A DNA stretch of 64,000 nt from Phycisphaerae bacterium (lineage in GTDB: Bacteria; Planctomycetota; Phycisphaerae; UBA1845). How positions within the stretch are numbered: position 1 is the first letter of the stretch; every line of letters begins with the position of its first letter. Positions 38,591 through 49,521 of this stretch are shown here, in pieces. Made by a program: the position numbers and the translations under genes. The stretch is taken from positions 480,001 to 544,000 of the forward strand of contig CAXXGO010000006.1 in the NCBI GenBank assembly GCA_963666835.2, read 5' to 3'. A model generated the notes under the pieces. The model had not been told where the DNA came from. It made no database searches and saw only the letters and a list, made by a program, of their open reading frames with translations.

Positions 38591-39031
38591 GCCGGGTGGT
38601 CCACGCTTGCGTGGCCGTGAAGATCCGCAGCCCCGTAGGGCATGGTCGAGGCACGAGACCTGCCGCAACGGCGCCTGTCGCGCGACGACTGATTGCGAAA
38701 GAGGACTACCTCTTGCGCTTCCATCCGTCCCCCACCCATTCCGGCGGGGAACCGGCGCGGCTGTCCCGAACCAGCAGACGCCGGAATGGACGGGGCACCC
38801 GCGCCGGAATGGCCGGGGCACCCACGCCGGCGGTGGGCTAAAGAAACCGCACGACAACCTCGTAGGGCATGGTCGAGGCACGAGACCTGCCGCAACGGCG
38901 CATGTCGCGCGAAGACCGACTGCGGAAGAGGACTACCTCTCGGGTGTCCATCCGTCCCCCACCCATTCCGGCGGGGAACCGGCGCGGCCGTTCGAGCCCA
39001 GCAGACGCCGGAATGGACGGGGCACCCGCGC
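38591..39031. repeat. Mosaic REP block 6: B, then tandem (A+C) x2
   Basis: ~170-bp unit at 38635-38803 and 38862-39031 (period 227 bp); a third copy lies at 53409-53574. Confidence 0.9.
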
Positions 39032-39036
39032 GATAC

Positions 39037-39747
39037 TCAGTTGCTCGCAGATGTATCGGCCGGTTCCGGACGCGGCGCGGCCGTGCGGGGCGCGGGTGCA
39101 ATGGCCGGCTCGCTTGCGCGATGTCCGCCCGGCACGAGAGTCGGCTCCGATCCCGGCGCCGGGCGGCCCATCCCGCGTCGCTCCGTCCTGGTCAGGATCC
39201 GCTCGCCGGCTTCGCGATCGGGCACGGCCGAGAACTCCCCGACCAACAGCACGGCCTTGTTCGAACCCCAGTCGGTCAGCACCGAGTACGCCTGCTGCTT
39301 GGCGGTAATGCGGAACCGTCCGCGGATCACCCGGCTGCCGTAGTCCCACACAGTCGCGATCCCCGAAAGCGAGGCCGCCCGCAGATGCGTGTAGCCGGCA
39401 CTGTATCGCATCCGCAGAGTCCGCCGGCTCACCGGATAATCGCGCGACGTGTCAGCGGGCAGCCCCTCCAAAACCAGCGACAGCAAGTGCTCGCTGCTGT
39501 GCCGCTTCCCCAACAGGGACCGCTTATGCCGGCGCATGGCGATGCACAGCTCATTGCGATCGTTCACCCAATAGTAACACTCGTTCGGTTTGATCTCCTG
39601 CACCAGCGGAGCGGTGGCACTAATCTTGCGCCCGCCCATTTGGATCTTGCTAATCGACGCATGCCCCGTGCAGCCCAACCCCGGCAAGAGCGTTAGCACC
39701 GCCGCGCCGAGCACAAACCGGCACCTCGTCAACCGGGCACACCTCAA
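39037..39747 (-). CDS. Hypothetical lipoprotein
   Basis: Basic N-terminus, hydrophobic stretch, LLPGLGC lipobox; TTG start after GAGGG. Confidence 0.65.
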   Translation of the reverse strand: MRCARLTRCRFVLGAAVLTLLPGLGCTGHASISKIQMGGRKISATAPLVQEIKPNECYYWVNDRNELCIAMRRHKRSLLGKRHSSEHLLSLVLEGLPADTSRDYPVSRRTLRMRYSAGYTHLRAASLSGIATVWDYGSRVIRGRFRITAKQQAYSVLTDWGSNKAVLLVGEFSAVPDREAGERILTRTERRGMGRPAPGSEPTLVPGGHRASEPAIAPAPRTAAPRPEPADTSASN

Positions 39748-39889
39748 GACGAATCCCTCAAACCAAGAACAACCTCCCGCGACCCCTCCTTAGTTAAGGA
39801 GGGGAGGACGAGAAACCTCTACGAGCAAGCGCTATCGGCAACTGCCGGAGAAACGGCTGACGCCCGATCCCTACACTGCCAACGGCCTG

Positions 39890-41155
39890 TCAGCCATACA
39901 ACGGAAACTGATCACATATCGCCTGCACTTCGCCGGACACGCTCTTGATCGTGGCCGGATCGCCCTGAGAGCAGAGTACCCGGTCGATCAGCTCGGCGAT
40001 CTTCGTCATCTCGCCCTCTTTCATACCACGCGTGGTCAGCGCCGGGGTCCCCATCCGCAGACCGCTGGTATGTACCGGCTTACGCTCGTCGAACGGGATC
40101 ATGTTCTTGTTGACCACGATTCCCGTCTCGCCCAGCCACTCTTCGGCCTGCTTGCCGGTCACGTCCGGATACGCCGGCCGCAGATCGAGCAGCATCAGAT
40201 GGTTGTCCGTCCCGCCCGAGACCAACCGGTTACCCTTGGCAACCAACCCCTCGGCCAACGCCTGGGCATTTCTGAGAATCTGTTCCTGGTACGTCTTGAA
40301 CTCGGGTTTGAGAGCTTCGCCGAAGGCGACGGCCTTGGCGGCAATGCAGTGCATCAGCGGCCCGCCCTGGCTGCCGGGGAAGATCCGCGAGTCGATCTTC
40401 TTGGCGTGCTCTTCCTTGCACATGATGATGCCACCGCGCGGCCCGCGCAGAGTCTTGTGCGTGGTCGACGTAACGACCCCGGCCGACGGCACCGGGCTGG
40501 GATGCAGCCCCGTCGCGACCATCCCGGCGATATGGGCGATGTCCGCCATGTGGATCGCCCCGACCTCGTCCGCGATCTCCGAGAACTTGTTGAAGTCGAT
40601 CGTCCGCGGATAGGCCGACGCCCCGGAGATGATCAACTTCGGCTTGTGCTCTTGGGCGAGTTTGCGGATCTCGGCGAAATCGAACTGCTCCGTCTTGGCA
40701 TCCACGCCGTACGAGACGATGTTGTACAGCAGCCCGGTCATATGGACCTTCAGACCGTGCGACAAGTGCCCGCCGTGGGCCAAGCTCAGAGACAGAATCG
40801 TGTCGCCCGGCTGCAACGCATAGAGGTACACGGCCGCGTTGGCCGACGCCCCCGAGTGCGGCTGCACATTGGCGTGGTCACAGGCAAACAGCTTCTTGAC
40901 CCGCTCGCGAGCTAAGTCCTCGACGCCGTCCATGTTCTCGCAGCCGCCGTAATACCGCTTGCCGGGGTAGCCTTCGGCGTACTTGTTGGTGAACACGGAT
41001 CCCAGCGCCTCGAGCACGGCCTGGGATACGTGGTTCTCCGACGCGATCAACTCGATAGTGTTCTGCTGCCGGTCGACCTCCGCCTGCATGATGGGGAAGA
41101 CCTCCGGATCCGCCGCGGCGATCGCCTTGAAGGCAGCCTTGGTTGCAACGCTCAT
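39890..41155 (-). CDS. glyA: Serine hydroxymethyltransferase
   Basis: [49 protein letters not shown]. Confidence 0.98.
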   Translation of the reverse strand: MSVATKAAFKAIAAADPEVFPIMQAEVDRQQNTIELIASENHVSQAVLEALGSVFTNKYAEGYPGKRYYGGCENMDGVEDLARERVKKLFACDHANVQPHSGASANAAVYLYALQPGDTILSLSLAHGGHLSHGLKVHMTGLLYNIVSYGVDAKTEQFDFAEIRKLAQEHKPKLIISGASAYPRTIDFNKFSEIADEVGAIHMADIAHIAGMVATGLHPSPVPSAGVVTSTTHKTLRGPRGGIIMCKEEHAKKIDSRIFPGSQGGPLMHCIAAKAVAFGEALKPEFKTYQEQILRNAQALAEGLVAKGNRLVSGGTDNHLMLLDLRPAYPDVTGKQAEEWLGETGIVVNKNMIPFDERKPVHTSGLRMGTPALTTRGMKEGEMTKIAELIDRVLCSQGDPATIKSVSGEVQAICDQFPLYG

Positions 41156-41277
41156 AACATCACCTCAATTCAGGGTTTAACGGAATACTGCCGATCGGCA
41201 CCACAATATTACCGCCGGCCCGGAAAATCAATCCGGTCGACAGGCCCAAGCCGCGGCCAGCGCGGCCACCCCACGTA

Positions 41278-41945
41278 GCCGGGTGCCATGGTCCACGCTT
41301 GCGTGGCCATGAAGGTCTGCCGGGTGCCGGGTGCCATGGTCCACGCTTGCGTGGCCATGAAGGTCTGCAATCCCGTAGGGCACGGTCGAGGCACAAGACC
41401 TGCCGCAACGGCGCATGTCGCGCGAAGACCTATCGTCGTTGGGCAACCACGCGGTAAATCGTCCCGGCATTAGGGACGCAGGCATGTAGCCACGGGTGGA
41501 GCTAACCGGAACCGGTGGGCCGCTTCGGCCCCAACGTGTTCCCGTCCCGAAGGGCCGGCGGAGGGCCGGGTGCCATGGTCCACGCTTGCGTGGCCATGAA
41601 GGTCTGCAATCCCGTAGGGCACGGTCGAGGCACGAGACCTGCCGCAACGGCGCATGTCGCGCGAAGACCTATCGTCGTTGGGCAACCACGCGGTAAACCG
41701 TCTCGGCATTAGGGACGCAGGCATGTAGCCACGGGTGGAGCGAAGCGGAACCGGTGGGCCGCTTCGGCCCCAACGTGTTCCCGTCCCGAAGGGCCAGCGG
41801 AGGGCAGCTCTCGGGGCAGGCTGGAAGCCTACGCTGCGGGGCGTCCCGAAGGATGGTTAACGGGATCGCGCGAAGGCGGGCTGCAGGCAGGATGCCCGCG
41901 TTACGCGAAGACCGCGGCAGGTCTCGTACCTCGACCATGCCCTAC
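41278..41945. repeat. Mosaic REP block 7 with a near-perfect 239-bp tandem duplication
   Basis: Units 41326-41564 and 41565-41803 (B+A+GTAGCCACGGG module); extra B at 41278; inverted F at ~41816 and ~41883; inverted A at 41916-41945. Confidence 0.92.
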
Positions 41946-42204
41946 ACCCGCCGATGCTGCCCTGTGAAGGGTCCACGCAATCAGTACGGCGAGCGTCAGC
42001 GACCCGCCCTTGAGCGATACGCGGCGTCTGGTTGGCGGGCCACCGCGCGCCAACGCGCCGATGCTGCCCAACACCCGGCGGTCCATCTCGTTGCAGGAGG
42101 CGGCAAGACCAGGGTGGATCCCTGGATTCGGCCTCCTGCCGGCTGAAAGCGCGGAGCACCCACGCGTGTTCCGACCAGACTCATCAATATAGGACGAAAA
42201 ATCC

Positions 42205-42234
42205 TTGCATTGGGGTATTCACTTGTGTTAAATT
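42205..42234 (+). promoter_or_regulatory. Candidate sigma70 promoter upstream of the IPTL-CTERM-like gene
   Basis: TTGCAT-N18-TAAATT with TG extension, in an AT-rich patch. Confidence 0.45.
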
Positions 42235-42528
42235 GAAGCTTGCCGTGGTTGCTTGAGGCTTTTTCATCTGCGGAGCATTGCAGCTTGGCCGCGGGCGAGC
42301 CTGAGCCTACGCGGCTGCGGAGAACTACGCCGGAGCCCCGCATTACCGCCGCGGGGCGCCCGGGCAGCTTGGTGCGACGTCACAACCGGGTCTTCGGGTG
42401 TGCCACTGCTCTTGAGCAGTGCGGGCATGGAACACGGTTCAGATTGAACCCGGGTCTTTGAGCGTTGTAACGCACTAGTCGGCTATGCAGGTCGCGCCGC
42501 GCCGGCGCAGAAACGAAGGAGGGCAGTC

Positions 42529-43602
42529 ATGCGAATCTCAACTTCTGCAGAACGTGGGTTGGTCGTACTGGCCGTGGTGGTCGGTCTGGTTGCGAATGCG
42601 CCTGACACAAACGCAGGCCCCGAAATTCGCTGGCAACCGGTGGGCGCTTCGGGTTTTCATACGATTGTTGACACTACCGGCAATGAGGGCGTCCCGTCGG
42701 TAATCGGCCTGCCGGCCGGCGGGGTGACGGTGGAGCTTGAGCTACGCGTGAGCGCGTGGGCGGACTGGCCTGGACAATCTCCGCTTGCCGTCTATCAGGC
42801 CACCCTTGACTCCACAAGCTACTCGACCGGTTCTGGGGCGCCTATTGGCCCGCTTAACCCCCTCACCGAGGACGGTTGCTTCATCGACGTCGACCGGCCG
42901 GACTTTGCGTTCTACGGCCTGACCCCGATAGCCGCAGTATTCACCGGCACTCTGGACTACGAATTGGGCTCCACATGCATGGGAACATACCCCGCGGACG
43001 ATGGGACAATCAAATACGGCGGGACGCTCATTCTTGATATCCCTCCTGACGCCGCCGGTGATTATGAGATCCAGTTCGTGCACGATCCGTCAAAGACATT
43101 TGTGGATCCTGGCCACTGTGAGATGGCGCCCGGCCTGATACGAACAGCAGCTATCATCTCCGTTGGCGACTGTCAGGCTAACGGCATTGACGACGTCGAC
43201 GACATTGCCGGTGGGACGAGCGTGGACTGCAACGGCGATTTGATTCCCGACGAATGCCAGCCGGAGCTTGATTACGACGGCGACGGGGTGCTGGATGCGT
43301 GCGATCCTTGCCCGCTGGATAATCCCGACGATACGGACGGAGATGGGGCGTGTGATTCCGACGACGTCTGCCCCGGCCTGGACGACTTCGCCGATGCGGA
43401 CGGTGACACCGTGCCCGATTGCCTCGATCAGTGCCCGGAAGACGACGACAGTATCGATTTCGATGAAGACGGCATCCCCGATTGCCTCCAGGCCATCCCG
43501 ACGACTTCGCAATGGGGCCTGGTGGTTCTGGCTCTGCTGCTCCTGGTGGCCGGGAAGGTCTATTTCGGAACCCGACCCCAGAGCACGGTCGACGCCGGCT
43601 GA
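42529..43602 (+). CDS. Secreted protein with TSP3-like Asp/Cys Ca-binding repeats and an IPTL-CTERM-like sorting tail
   Basis: Signal peptide; DxDGDGxxDxCDxCP repeats; IPTTSQWGLVVLALLLLVAGKVYF; GAAGGAGG SD. Confidence 0.85.
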   Translation: MRISTSAERGLVVLAVVVGLVANAPDTNAGPEIRWQPVGASGFHTIVDTTGNEGVPSVIGLPAGGVTVELELRVSAWADWPGQSPLAVYQATLDSTSYSTGSGAPIGPLNPLTEDGCFIDVDRPDFAFYGLTPIAAVFTGTLDYELGSTCMGTYPADDGTIKYGGTLILDIPPDAAGDYEIQFVHDPSKTFVDPGHCEMAPGLIRTAAIISVGDCQANGIDDVDDIAGGTSVDCNGDLIPDECQPELDYDGDGVLDACDPCPLDNPDDTDGDGACDSDDVCPGLDDFADADGDTVPDCLDQCPEDDDSIDFDEDGIPDCLQAIPTTSQWGLVVLALLLLVAGKVYFGTRPQSTVDAG

Positions 43603-43637
43603 GCTACATAGGGTTGGTAGCTCGCCTCTTTGGTACG

Positions 43638-44354
43638 GCAGGTCGGGCTCTGCCCAACGGTACTAACCTTGTCAGACGAGACGAGCGAGTTCTCTCTGAT
43701 GTGTGGACTGCGTCCCGTCCGAGTACGCCAACCGCGTTGCGTCCTCCAGCCCGAAGGGCTCAGATGAAGTAGCCGGGGGCAAGGCCGCGCAGCGGCCGCC
43801 GCCCCCGGACTCGGTCCCCGCAACCTCCATGACCCTGGTAGGGGTCAAACAGCCCCGGTAAATGTGCTTCGCCATTGACTTTTGACGCGTTCTCAAAGAG
43901 GCCCGGCAGCCGAAACGGACGCGCGGTTCATCGGCACCGTCTCTTTCACCCTGTCAGGGTGATTGGGATTGTTGGAACCCCATCCGGGGGCGGCGGCCGC
44001 TGCGCGGCCTTGCCCCCGGCTACTATCTTGCAGGCTTTCAGCCTGAACACCGAGCCGGCTTGACACCGTTCGCTGAAAAGGAAGCCGCGCCTTGCCGGGT
44101 GCCATGGTCCACGCTTGCGTGGCCATGAAGGTCTGCAGCCCCGTAGGGCATGGTCGAGGCACGAGACCCTCAAAGACCGCTTCGTTTACCCGGCGCTTTG
44201 CTGTTGAACGCCCTTGGCGTAAGTTGGAAAGGGGTGTGTTTCGTAAGAACCAACGGCAGGTCTCGTTCCTCGACCATGCCCTACACCGGCCAGCGCTGCC
44301 CTACCTACACGGCTGGCGTTGTCCGACATACTGCAGGCAGGATGCGTGCGCTTC
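43638..44354. repeat. Mosaic REP block 8
   Basis: E+D module at 43638-43732; GTAGCCGGGGGCAAGGCCGCGCAGCGGCCGCCGCCCCCGG at ~43769 with its inverse at ~43984-44023; B at 44094; truncated A at 44143-44168; truncated G; inverted A at 44255-44284; inverted F at ~44332. Confidence 0.88.
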
Positions 44355-44468
44355 GCGAGGGGCGGCCCCCGGCATACCTTGTTCGCGAAACGCGAATACG
44401 AAAGTGGCCGGCGCCACCGCCGGCCACTTCAGGGAATTCGTCAGTTGTTCCCGCGTCGCGGGATGCAG

Positions 44469-47189
44469 TTAGCCAAGCCCCAGTGCCGCGCTGATCTGCG
44501 GAGCGAACTTGACCACCAACCCGGCGAACACCACGCTGACCATGCTCATCAGCTTGATCAGGATGTTCAGACTCGGGCCGGAAGTGTCCTTGAACGGATC
44601 GCCGACCGTATCACCGACAATCGTGGCCTTGTGGGCTTCACTGCCCTTGCCGCCGTGGTGGCCCTTCTCGACGTATTTCTTGGCGTTGTCCCAGGCTCCA
44701 CCGGCGTTGGCCATGAAGATGGCAACGGCGAAACCGCTGGTCAGACCACCGGCCAGCAAGCCCATCACCCCGGGTACCCCAAACACCAGCCCCACCACCA
44801 CCGGCACAATAATCGCCAGAAGGGACGGGAAGATCATCTCCTTCTGTGCGCCTTTGGTCGAGATATCCACGCAGCGGGCGTAGTCAGGCACTTTGTGGCC
44901 CTGGAACTCCACCTGACCGCGCGGCCAGTTCTCGGAGTCCATCGCCTCCGCTTCGGACATGTTCTTCTCGGCCATCAGATACGACGCAACCGTTTTGAAC
45001 TGCTCGCGGCACTCCAGCATCATCTGATACGCGGCGCGCCCAACCGCTTGCATAGTCAAAGCGCAGAAAAGGAACGCCAACAACACACCGGAGAACATTC
45101 CGCACAGCACCTTGGGGTTCATGAGCGTGACTTTGTAGAAGTCCATGAACTGCTCCAAAGATGCCTTGCGCGACGAAACGATCTGGATTTCATGCGCGTT
45201 ACCGTCGGCGTCTTTGATTGTCGTCGTACGCACATAATCGGCTTCGCGACGAGCCGGCGGGAGGCTTGGCAACTTGACGCCGTTGCGTCCTTCGGCTTCC
45301 AGCTTACTGTCGAGGACCTCACGCGCTTGCCCGCTCAGCAGCATGTGCCCCGTGTAGTTCGCCTCTGCCGTCCCGGGTTCGAACTTCTCCGCGAACTTGC
45401 CATGACCCATATAGTAGATGTCGCCGACCGCCGCCCCGGCGCTGTCCTTCGCAGCACCGTCGACTACGTGGACGTAGGCCATAGCCTCACGCACCTGTCC
45501 GATACGCACTTCCTCAACGTATGCGGCCAGTAACGCCAAGGCGGTCAAAGCAGCCGAGCCGATCGCGAACCCCTTACCCGTCGCCGCGGTAGTGTTACCG
45601 AGCGAATCGAGGGCGTCCGTCCGCTCCCGGACCTCCGGAGCCTGGGCGGTCATCTCGGCGTTACCGCCGGCGTTATCCGCAATAGGACCGTAGGCATCAG
45701 TAGCAAGCGTGAAGCCCAGTGTGGCCAGCATGCCTACCGCGGCAAGGCCGACGCCGTAGAGCCCGAGCATGAAGGTGTCGCCGCCACCGGCGAAGTTGAA
45801 CGCCAGCAGAATGGCCAGAATGATGATCGCCAATGCCGCCCACGTGCTCTTCATCCCCTCGGCCACGCCGGCAATGATTACCGTCGCAGGTCCGGTCTTG
45901 GCCTGCTCGGCGATTCGCTTGGTTGGCCCGTAATCGTAGCTCGTATAACGCTCGGTTGCCTGCCCGATGAGATACCCGGCCACAAGTCCAACAACCACCG
46001 AAGAGGCCACGCCCGTCCATTCCACACCTGGGATTCCACCAAGCAATAGCCCGCAGACAGCATAGGTCGCCGCCAGAATGACAACGCTCGAGATCAGCAG
46101 CCCTCGATTAAGCGCGGACATGAGCTGGGCCATCGAGGCCCCTTCTTCGGTCTTCACCAAGTTAATGCCGCACCAGATGCTGGCGAGGATCCCCATTCCG
46201 GCCACGACCATCGGGACGGCCAAAAACGCCATCGCGTCACTCGCGATGTTCGTGTTGCCGAGCGCGTGGGCCGCGGCCACGCCGAGGGCGGCGGTAGCCA
46301 GGATCGACCCGGCGTACGACTCGTAAAGGTCGGCACCCATTCCGGCAACGTCGCCGACGTTATCGCCGACGTTGTCCGCGATAGCCGCAGGGTTACGCGG
46401 GTCGTCTTCGGGAATCTCGGCTTCCACCTTGCCGACGAGGTCTGCTCCCACGTCAGCCGCTTTTGTGTAGATTCCGCCGCCGACTCGAGCGAAAAGCGCC
46501 TGCGTACTGGCTCCCATGCCGAACGTCAGCATAACCACGGTAATCTCGTGCAGCGGCATGTTCGTGAACATGCGGAGTCCGAAGAACCAGAACGTAATAT
46601 CGATGACGGCAAAGCCGACGACGACGAGCCCCATAACCGCCCCTGCGCGGAAGGAAACGCGAAGCCCCTCGTTGAGGCTCTTGCGGGCGCCGGCGGTAGT
46701 TCGGTGTGCCGCAATGGTCGCGGTCCGCATCCCGATGTAACCGCACAATCCGCTGAAGAAACCGCCTGTAAGGAAGGCGAATGGCACGAGTCCGTGCTGC
46801 ACGTGCAGCCCAAACGCCATCCAGGCCAACACGACGATCAGCAGCAGGAACACGATGGCCACGATGCGGTACTGCCGGAACAGATACGCCATCGCCCCCT
46901 CGCGAACGTAGCCGGCGATTCGGATCATGTCCTCGTCGCCCTCGTCGGAGTCGATGACCTCCTGGTAGTACTTCCTAGCCATGAAGAGGGCAACGATCCC
47001 GCAGATCGGGGCCAAGTACCACAACAGCGGAATGCCGGCGGTCTCCGCTTGGGCGCCGGCAACGTCCCCGGTCACTTGTGGAACCGGCTCCATGACTTCC
47101 TGACCAAACACGGTGGAAGTTGCGAAGAGCCCGACGCTCCCTACAACCAAGACCACCGACAGAATGCCGAATCGCGTTGCCTTAGACAC
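44469..47189 (-). CDS. hppA: Membrane pyrophosphatase, K+-dependent, probably Na+,H+-translocating clade
   Basis: [68 protein letters not shown] 47189 after GAAGGAG. Confidence 0.95.
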   Translation of the reverse strand: MSKATRFGILSVVLVVGSVGLFATSTVFGQEVMEPVPQVTGDVAGAQAETAGIPLLWYLAPICGIVALFMARKYYQEVIDSDEGDEDMIRIAGYVREGAMAYLFRQYRIVAIVFLLLIVVLAWMAFGLHVQHGLVPFAFLTGGFFSGLCGYIGMRTATIAAHRTTAGARKSLNEGLRVSFRAGAVMGLVVVGFAVIDITFWFFGLRMFTNMPLHEITVVMLTFGMGASTQALFARVGGGIYTKAADVGADLVGKVEAEIPEDDPRNPAAIADNVGDNVGDVAGMGADLYESYAGSILATAALGVAAAHALGNTNIASDAMAFLAVPMVVAGMGILASIWCGINLVKTEEGASMAQLMSALNRGLLISSVVILAATYAVCGLLLGGIPGVEWTGVASSVVVGLVAGYLIGQATERYTSYDYGPTKRIAEQAKTGPATVIIAGVAEGMKSTWAALAIIILAILLAFNFAGGGDTFMLGLYGVGLAAVGMLATLGFTLATDAYGPIADNAGGNAEMTAQAPEVRERTDALDSLGNTTAATGKGFAIGSAALTALALLAAYVEEVRIGQVREAMAYVHVVDGAAKDSAGAAVGDIYYMGHGKFAEKFEPGTAEANYTGHMLLSGQAREVLDSKLEAEGRNGVKLPSLPPARREADYVRTTTIKDADGNAHEIQIVSSRKASLEQFMDFYKVTLMNPKVLCGMFSGVLLAFLFCALTMQAVGRAAYQMMLECREQFKTVASYLMAEKNMSEAEAMDSENWPRGQVEFQGHKVPDYARCVDISTKGAQKEMIFPSLLAIIVPVVVGLVFGVPGVMGLLAGGLTSGFAVAIFMANAGGAWDNAKKYVEKGHHGGKGSEAHKATIVGDTVGDPFKDTSGPSLNILIKLMSMVSVVFAGLVVKFAPQISAALGLG

Positions 47190-47635
47190 AGGTTCTCCTT
47201 CCGATTTCATTCGAGGTGTTGTGATTCGCAGGGTGTTCGTCCGACGCTCACGCACAGCGCCGCCGCGAGCGGACACGCGAGGCATAACCACCTTCGTACC
47301 ATTATGTTGAGAAATCCAAGCCAAAACGAACCACGCCGTCGTTCCGGCTGGAGCGCGGGACTATAGCAAAACGGCCGATCCGTGCCAAACTCCCCCGTTT
47401 CCCGCAGGGGTACCCCCGACCGACCCCGCTTCGGTGTAGATCGACCGAGCCGACATTCTAATGCAGTTCGGCCCGTTGTCACGCAGGCGACCGAGCACCG
47501 GACGTGCGTCGGCAGGGAAGACACCACTTCACCAACAAGCACGCGGCGTAACCGCAGGTAGGGTTTGCCTGGGGTGCCGGCACTCTGAAACGAGGTGGAA
47601 AACGGTCCGAGCCTGCGGGGGCAGGAGCCTTAAGA

Positions 47636-48652
47636 TTAGTATAGGGATTGCGTGGCCCGGACCAGGGCGGCCCGCATCCGGGGGTCGCCACCTCCATGTC
47701 CGGCGGACTCCACGAACACCAACTCTGATTTCGGCAAGGCTTGATGTAGGCGGAACGCGGATTTCGGCGTGCAAATCACGTCGTATCGCCCGTGGACGAT
47801 CACCGTCGGAATAGACGCGATCTTGTGAGCGTTGCGGAGAAGCTGCCCTTCTTCAAGAAAGCAGCCGTTTGCCATGTAGTGGTTCTCGATCAGCGAGAAA
47901 TCGTACGGGTCCCAGGTCAGAAATGCGGCCTCGACCTCTTCGTCCGATCGCTCCAAGGCCACTATCTTCATCTCATACCTCGCCCAAGCCAAAGAGGCCC
48001 GGCGGCGCACTTCTGTGTTCTCGCTTTGCAGCATGGCCAGGAGTTGACGGGGGTAGTCGTGCCGATCGGGCTTCGGAATGACCTCCTGAAACCGGGCGTA
48101 GACCTCCGGGAAGTGGGTGGCGACGCCGCCGTGGTAGAAGTGGTCTATCTCCGCCGCGGTCGCGGTAAACACGCCTCGCAGGACAAGCGACCTGATATTA
48201 TCGGGGTATGCCTCAGCGTAGGCCAACGCCAACGTCGAACCCCAGGACCCTCCGAAGACGTGGCAGCGCCCGAGTTTCAGGTGCTCTCGTAGCCGCTCGA
48301 TGTCGCCCACCAGCGCCGGCGTGTTGTTGTCCTTCAGCTCGCAGAACGGCTTACTTCTTCCCGCACCCCGCTGGTCATGAAGGACGATCAGGTACTTCTC
48401 CGGATCATGAAAGCGGCGGAGGGAGGGGTAGCTCCCGCCGCCCGGGCCACCGTGGAGGACCAACACCGGCACACCCTCCGGGTTGCCACAGAGCTCGTAG
48501 TAGATCTCGTGGATGTCAGATACCCGCAAATACCCCGTCTCGAACGGCTCGGGGATGGGGTACCAATCCAGCGGATCGATCGCGCTCGACGGCGCGGCGA
48601 GGTCGAGGACCGGCAGCACGGCCAGCAGGCAGGCTAGGCTACGAATGGGCAT
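47636..48652 (-). CDS. pip: Proline iminopeptidase (S33) with a signal-peptide-like N-terminus
   Basis: HEIYYELCGNPEG, LHGGPGGG, DQRGAGRS, GGSWGSTL, HGRYDVIC, AGH. Confidence 0.93.
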   Translation of the reverse strand: MPIRSLACLLAVLPVLDLAAPSSAIDPLDWYPIPEPFETGYLRVSDIHEIYYELCGNPEGVPVLVLHGGPGGGSYPSLRRFHDPEKYLIVLHDQRGAGRSKPFCELKDNNTPALVGDIERLREHLKLGRCHVFGGSWGSTLALAYAEAYPDNIRSLVLRGVFTATAAEIDHFYHGGVATHFPEVYARFQEVIPKPDRHDYPRQLLAMLQSENTEVRRRASLAWARYEMKIVALERSDEEVEAAFLTWDPYDFSLIENHYMANGCFLEEGQLLRNAHKIASIPTVIVHGRYDVICTPKSAFRLHQALPKSELVFVESAGHGGGDPRMRAALVRATQSLY

Positions 48653-48992
48653 CGGTCGGGCTCCTTCTTGGCCAGGTTGTTATTCAGACCGCTGACTTTT
48701 TTGCTCACTCGGGGCAGGCTGGAAGCCGGCGCTACCGAGCCGGCCTCTGATTCGGCTCTTGGCACCTCACCCGTTGCAGCGGCTAACGACAGAATCGCCA
48801 CTGGCGGGTCGAGTGCAAGCCGCGGGAATCTGCCAAACTGGCAGCAGGAGCGCAGCGGTGGTCCCGAAATGACAGCCGCGGTGGGCGTGCAGGGCGGGCG
48901 ACGTTTCTGTCACAGGCGGGGCTTGATTCATAACTTGTTTTTTAGCAAGGGCTTAGAGAATGCAAGCGATATCCCGCCTGTTCTCCTTGCTC

Positions 48993-49008
48993 TGGCATCG
49001 CCCATGCT
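48993..49008 (+). promoter_or_regulatory. Candidate sigma54 (-24/-12) promoter for receiver-groES-groEL
   Basis: TGGCAT-CGCCC-ATGCT with exact GG-N10-GC spacing; upstream AT-rich tract (~48923-48955) and palindrome CTGCCA-AAC-TGGCAG (48830-48844). Confidence 0.55.
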
Positions 49009-49049
49009 GTTTACCCCGTTGGGAATGTCTAGGGTGTGAGGGCTGTGTC

Positions 49050-49469
49050 GTGACGAATCTGCCGTCCTGGGGCTGCACCGAGAGCCGGAAAGTGCTTTTG
49101 TCGCACGGTGGGGCTTGGACGCGCAACGCCTGGCTGGGCGGAGTGGACGACGTATTGCGGCCATCCGGGTTCGTGGTGTGCCGGGCTCACACTGGTGCGG
49201 ACACGATCCGCCAGGTCGAGGAAGGCGGGTTGGCCGGGGCCGTTCTGGTAGAGGACCGGGAGCGGATCGACGGGCTGTCGCTGTTGAGGATCATCCGGTC
49301 GATCGACCGGCACCTGCCTTGCTGGCTGGTAACGGAGAGAGCGAATCGGCGTACGCTGGAAGTCGCTCTTTCGCTGAGGGTGGTCAGCGTGATGGCTCAG
49401 CCGCTTGATTTAAGTGAACTCACACGGACGCTCACCGGTTTTCTGAGCGACCGTGCAAACGGCAACTGA
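49050..49469 (+). CDS. Stand-alone pseudo-receiver domain protein
   Basis: REC-like DGLSLLRIIRSIDRHLPCWLVT...VMAQPLDLSEL. The acidic pocket and conserved Lys are absent. GAGGG before GTG. Confidence 0.65.
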   Translation: MTNLPSWGCTESRKVLLSHGGAWTRNAWLGGVDDVLRPSGFVVCRAHTGADTIRQVEEGGLAGAVLVEDRERIDGLSLLRIIRSIDRHLPCWLVTERANRRTLEVALSLRVVSVMAQPLDLSELTRTLTGFLSDRANGN

Positions 49470-49521
49470 AATGAGGCCCGTCGGGGCCTACGTCTGGTAG
49501 ACGAAAGGAGTGCATACGAAG

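Noticed and set aside
38635..39031. DGR template/variable repeat pair
   Set aside because: Both copies are intergenic, mismatches are not confined to adenines, and no reverse transcriptase is present in the window.
41156..41277. ZMP/ZTP or other riboswitch upstream of glyA
   Set aside because: A promoter-like TTGATT-N17-TATTGT leaves a leader of only ~45 nt, and no aptamer motifs were recognised.
32280..41945. CRISPR array, suggested by recurring 30-34-bp palindromic repeats
   Set aside because: At most two or three copies occur per locus, spacing is irregular, the intervening sequences are themselves repeated rather than unique spacers, and there are no cas genes.
48759..48786. CIRCE element or second sigma54 site (TTGGCACCTCACCCGTTGCAGCGGCTAA)
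   Set aside because: It has several mismatches and the wrong length for TTAGCACTC-N9-GAGTGCTAA, and the GG-GC spacing is not 10 nt.
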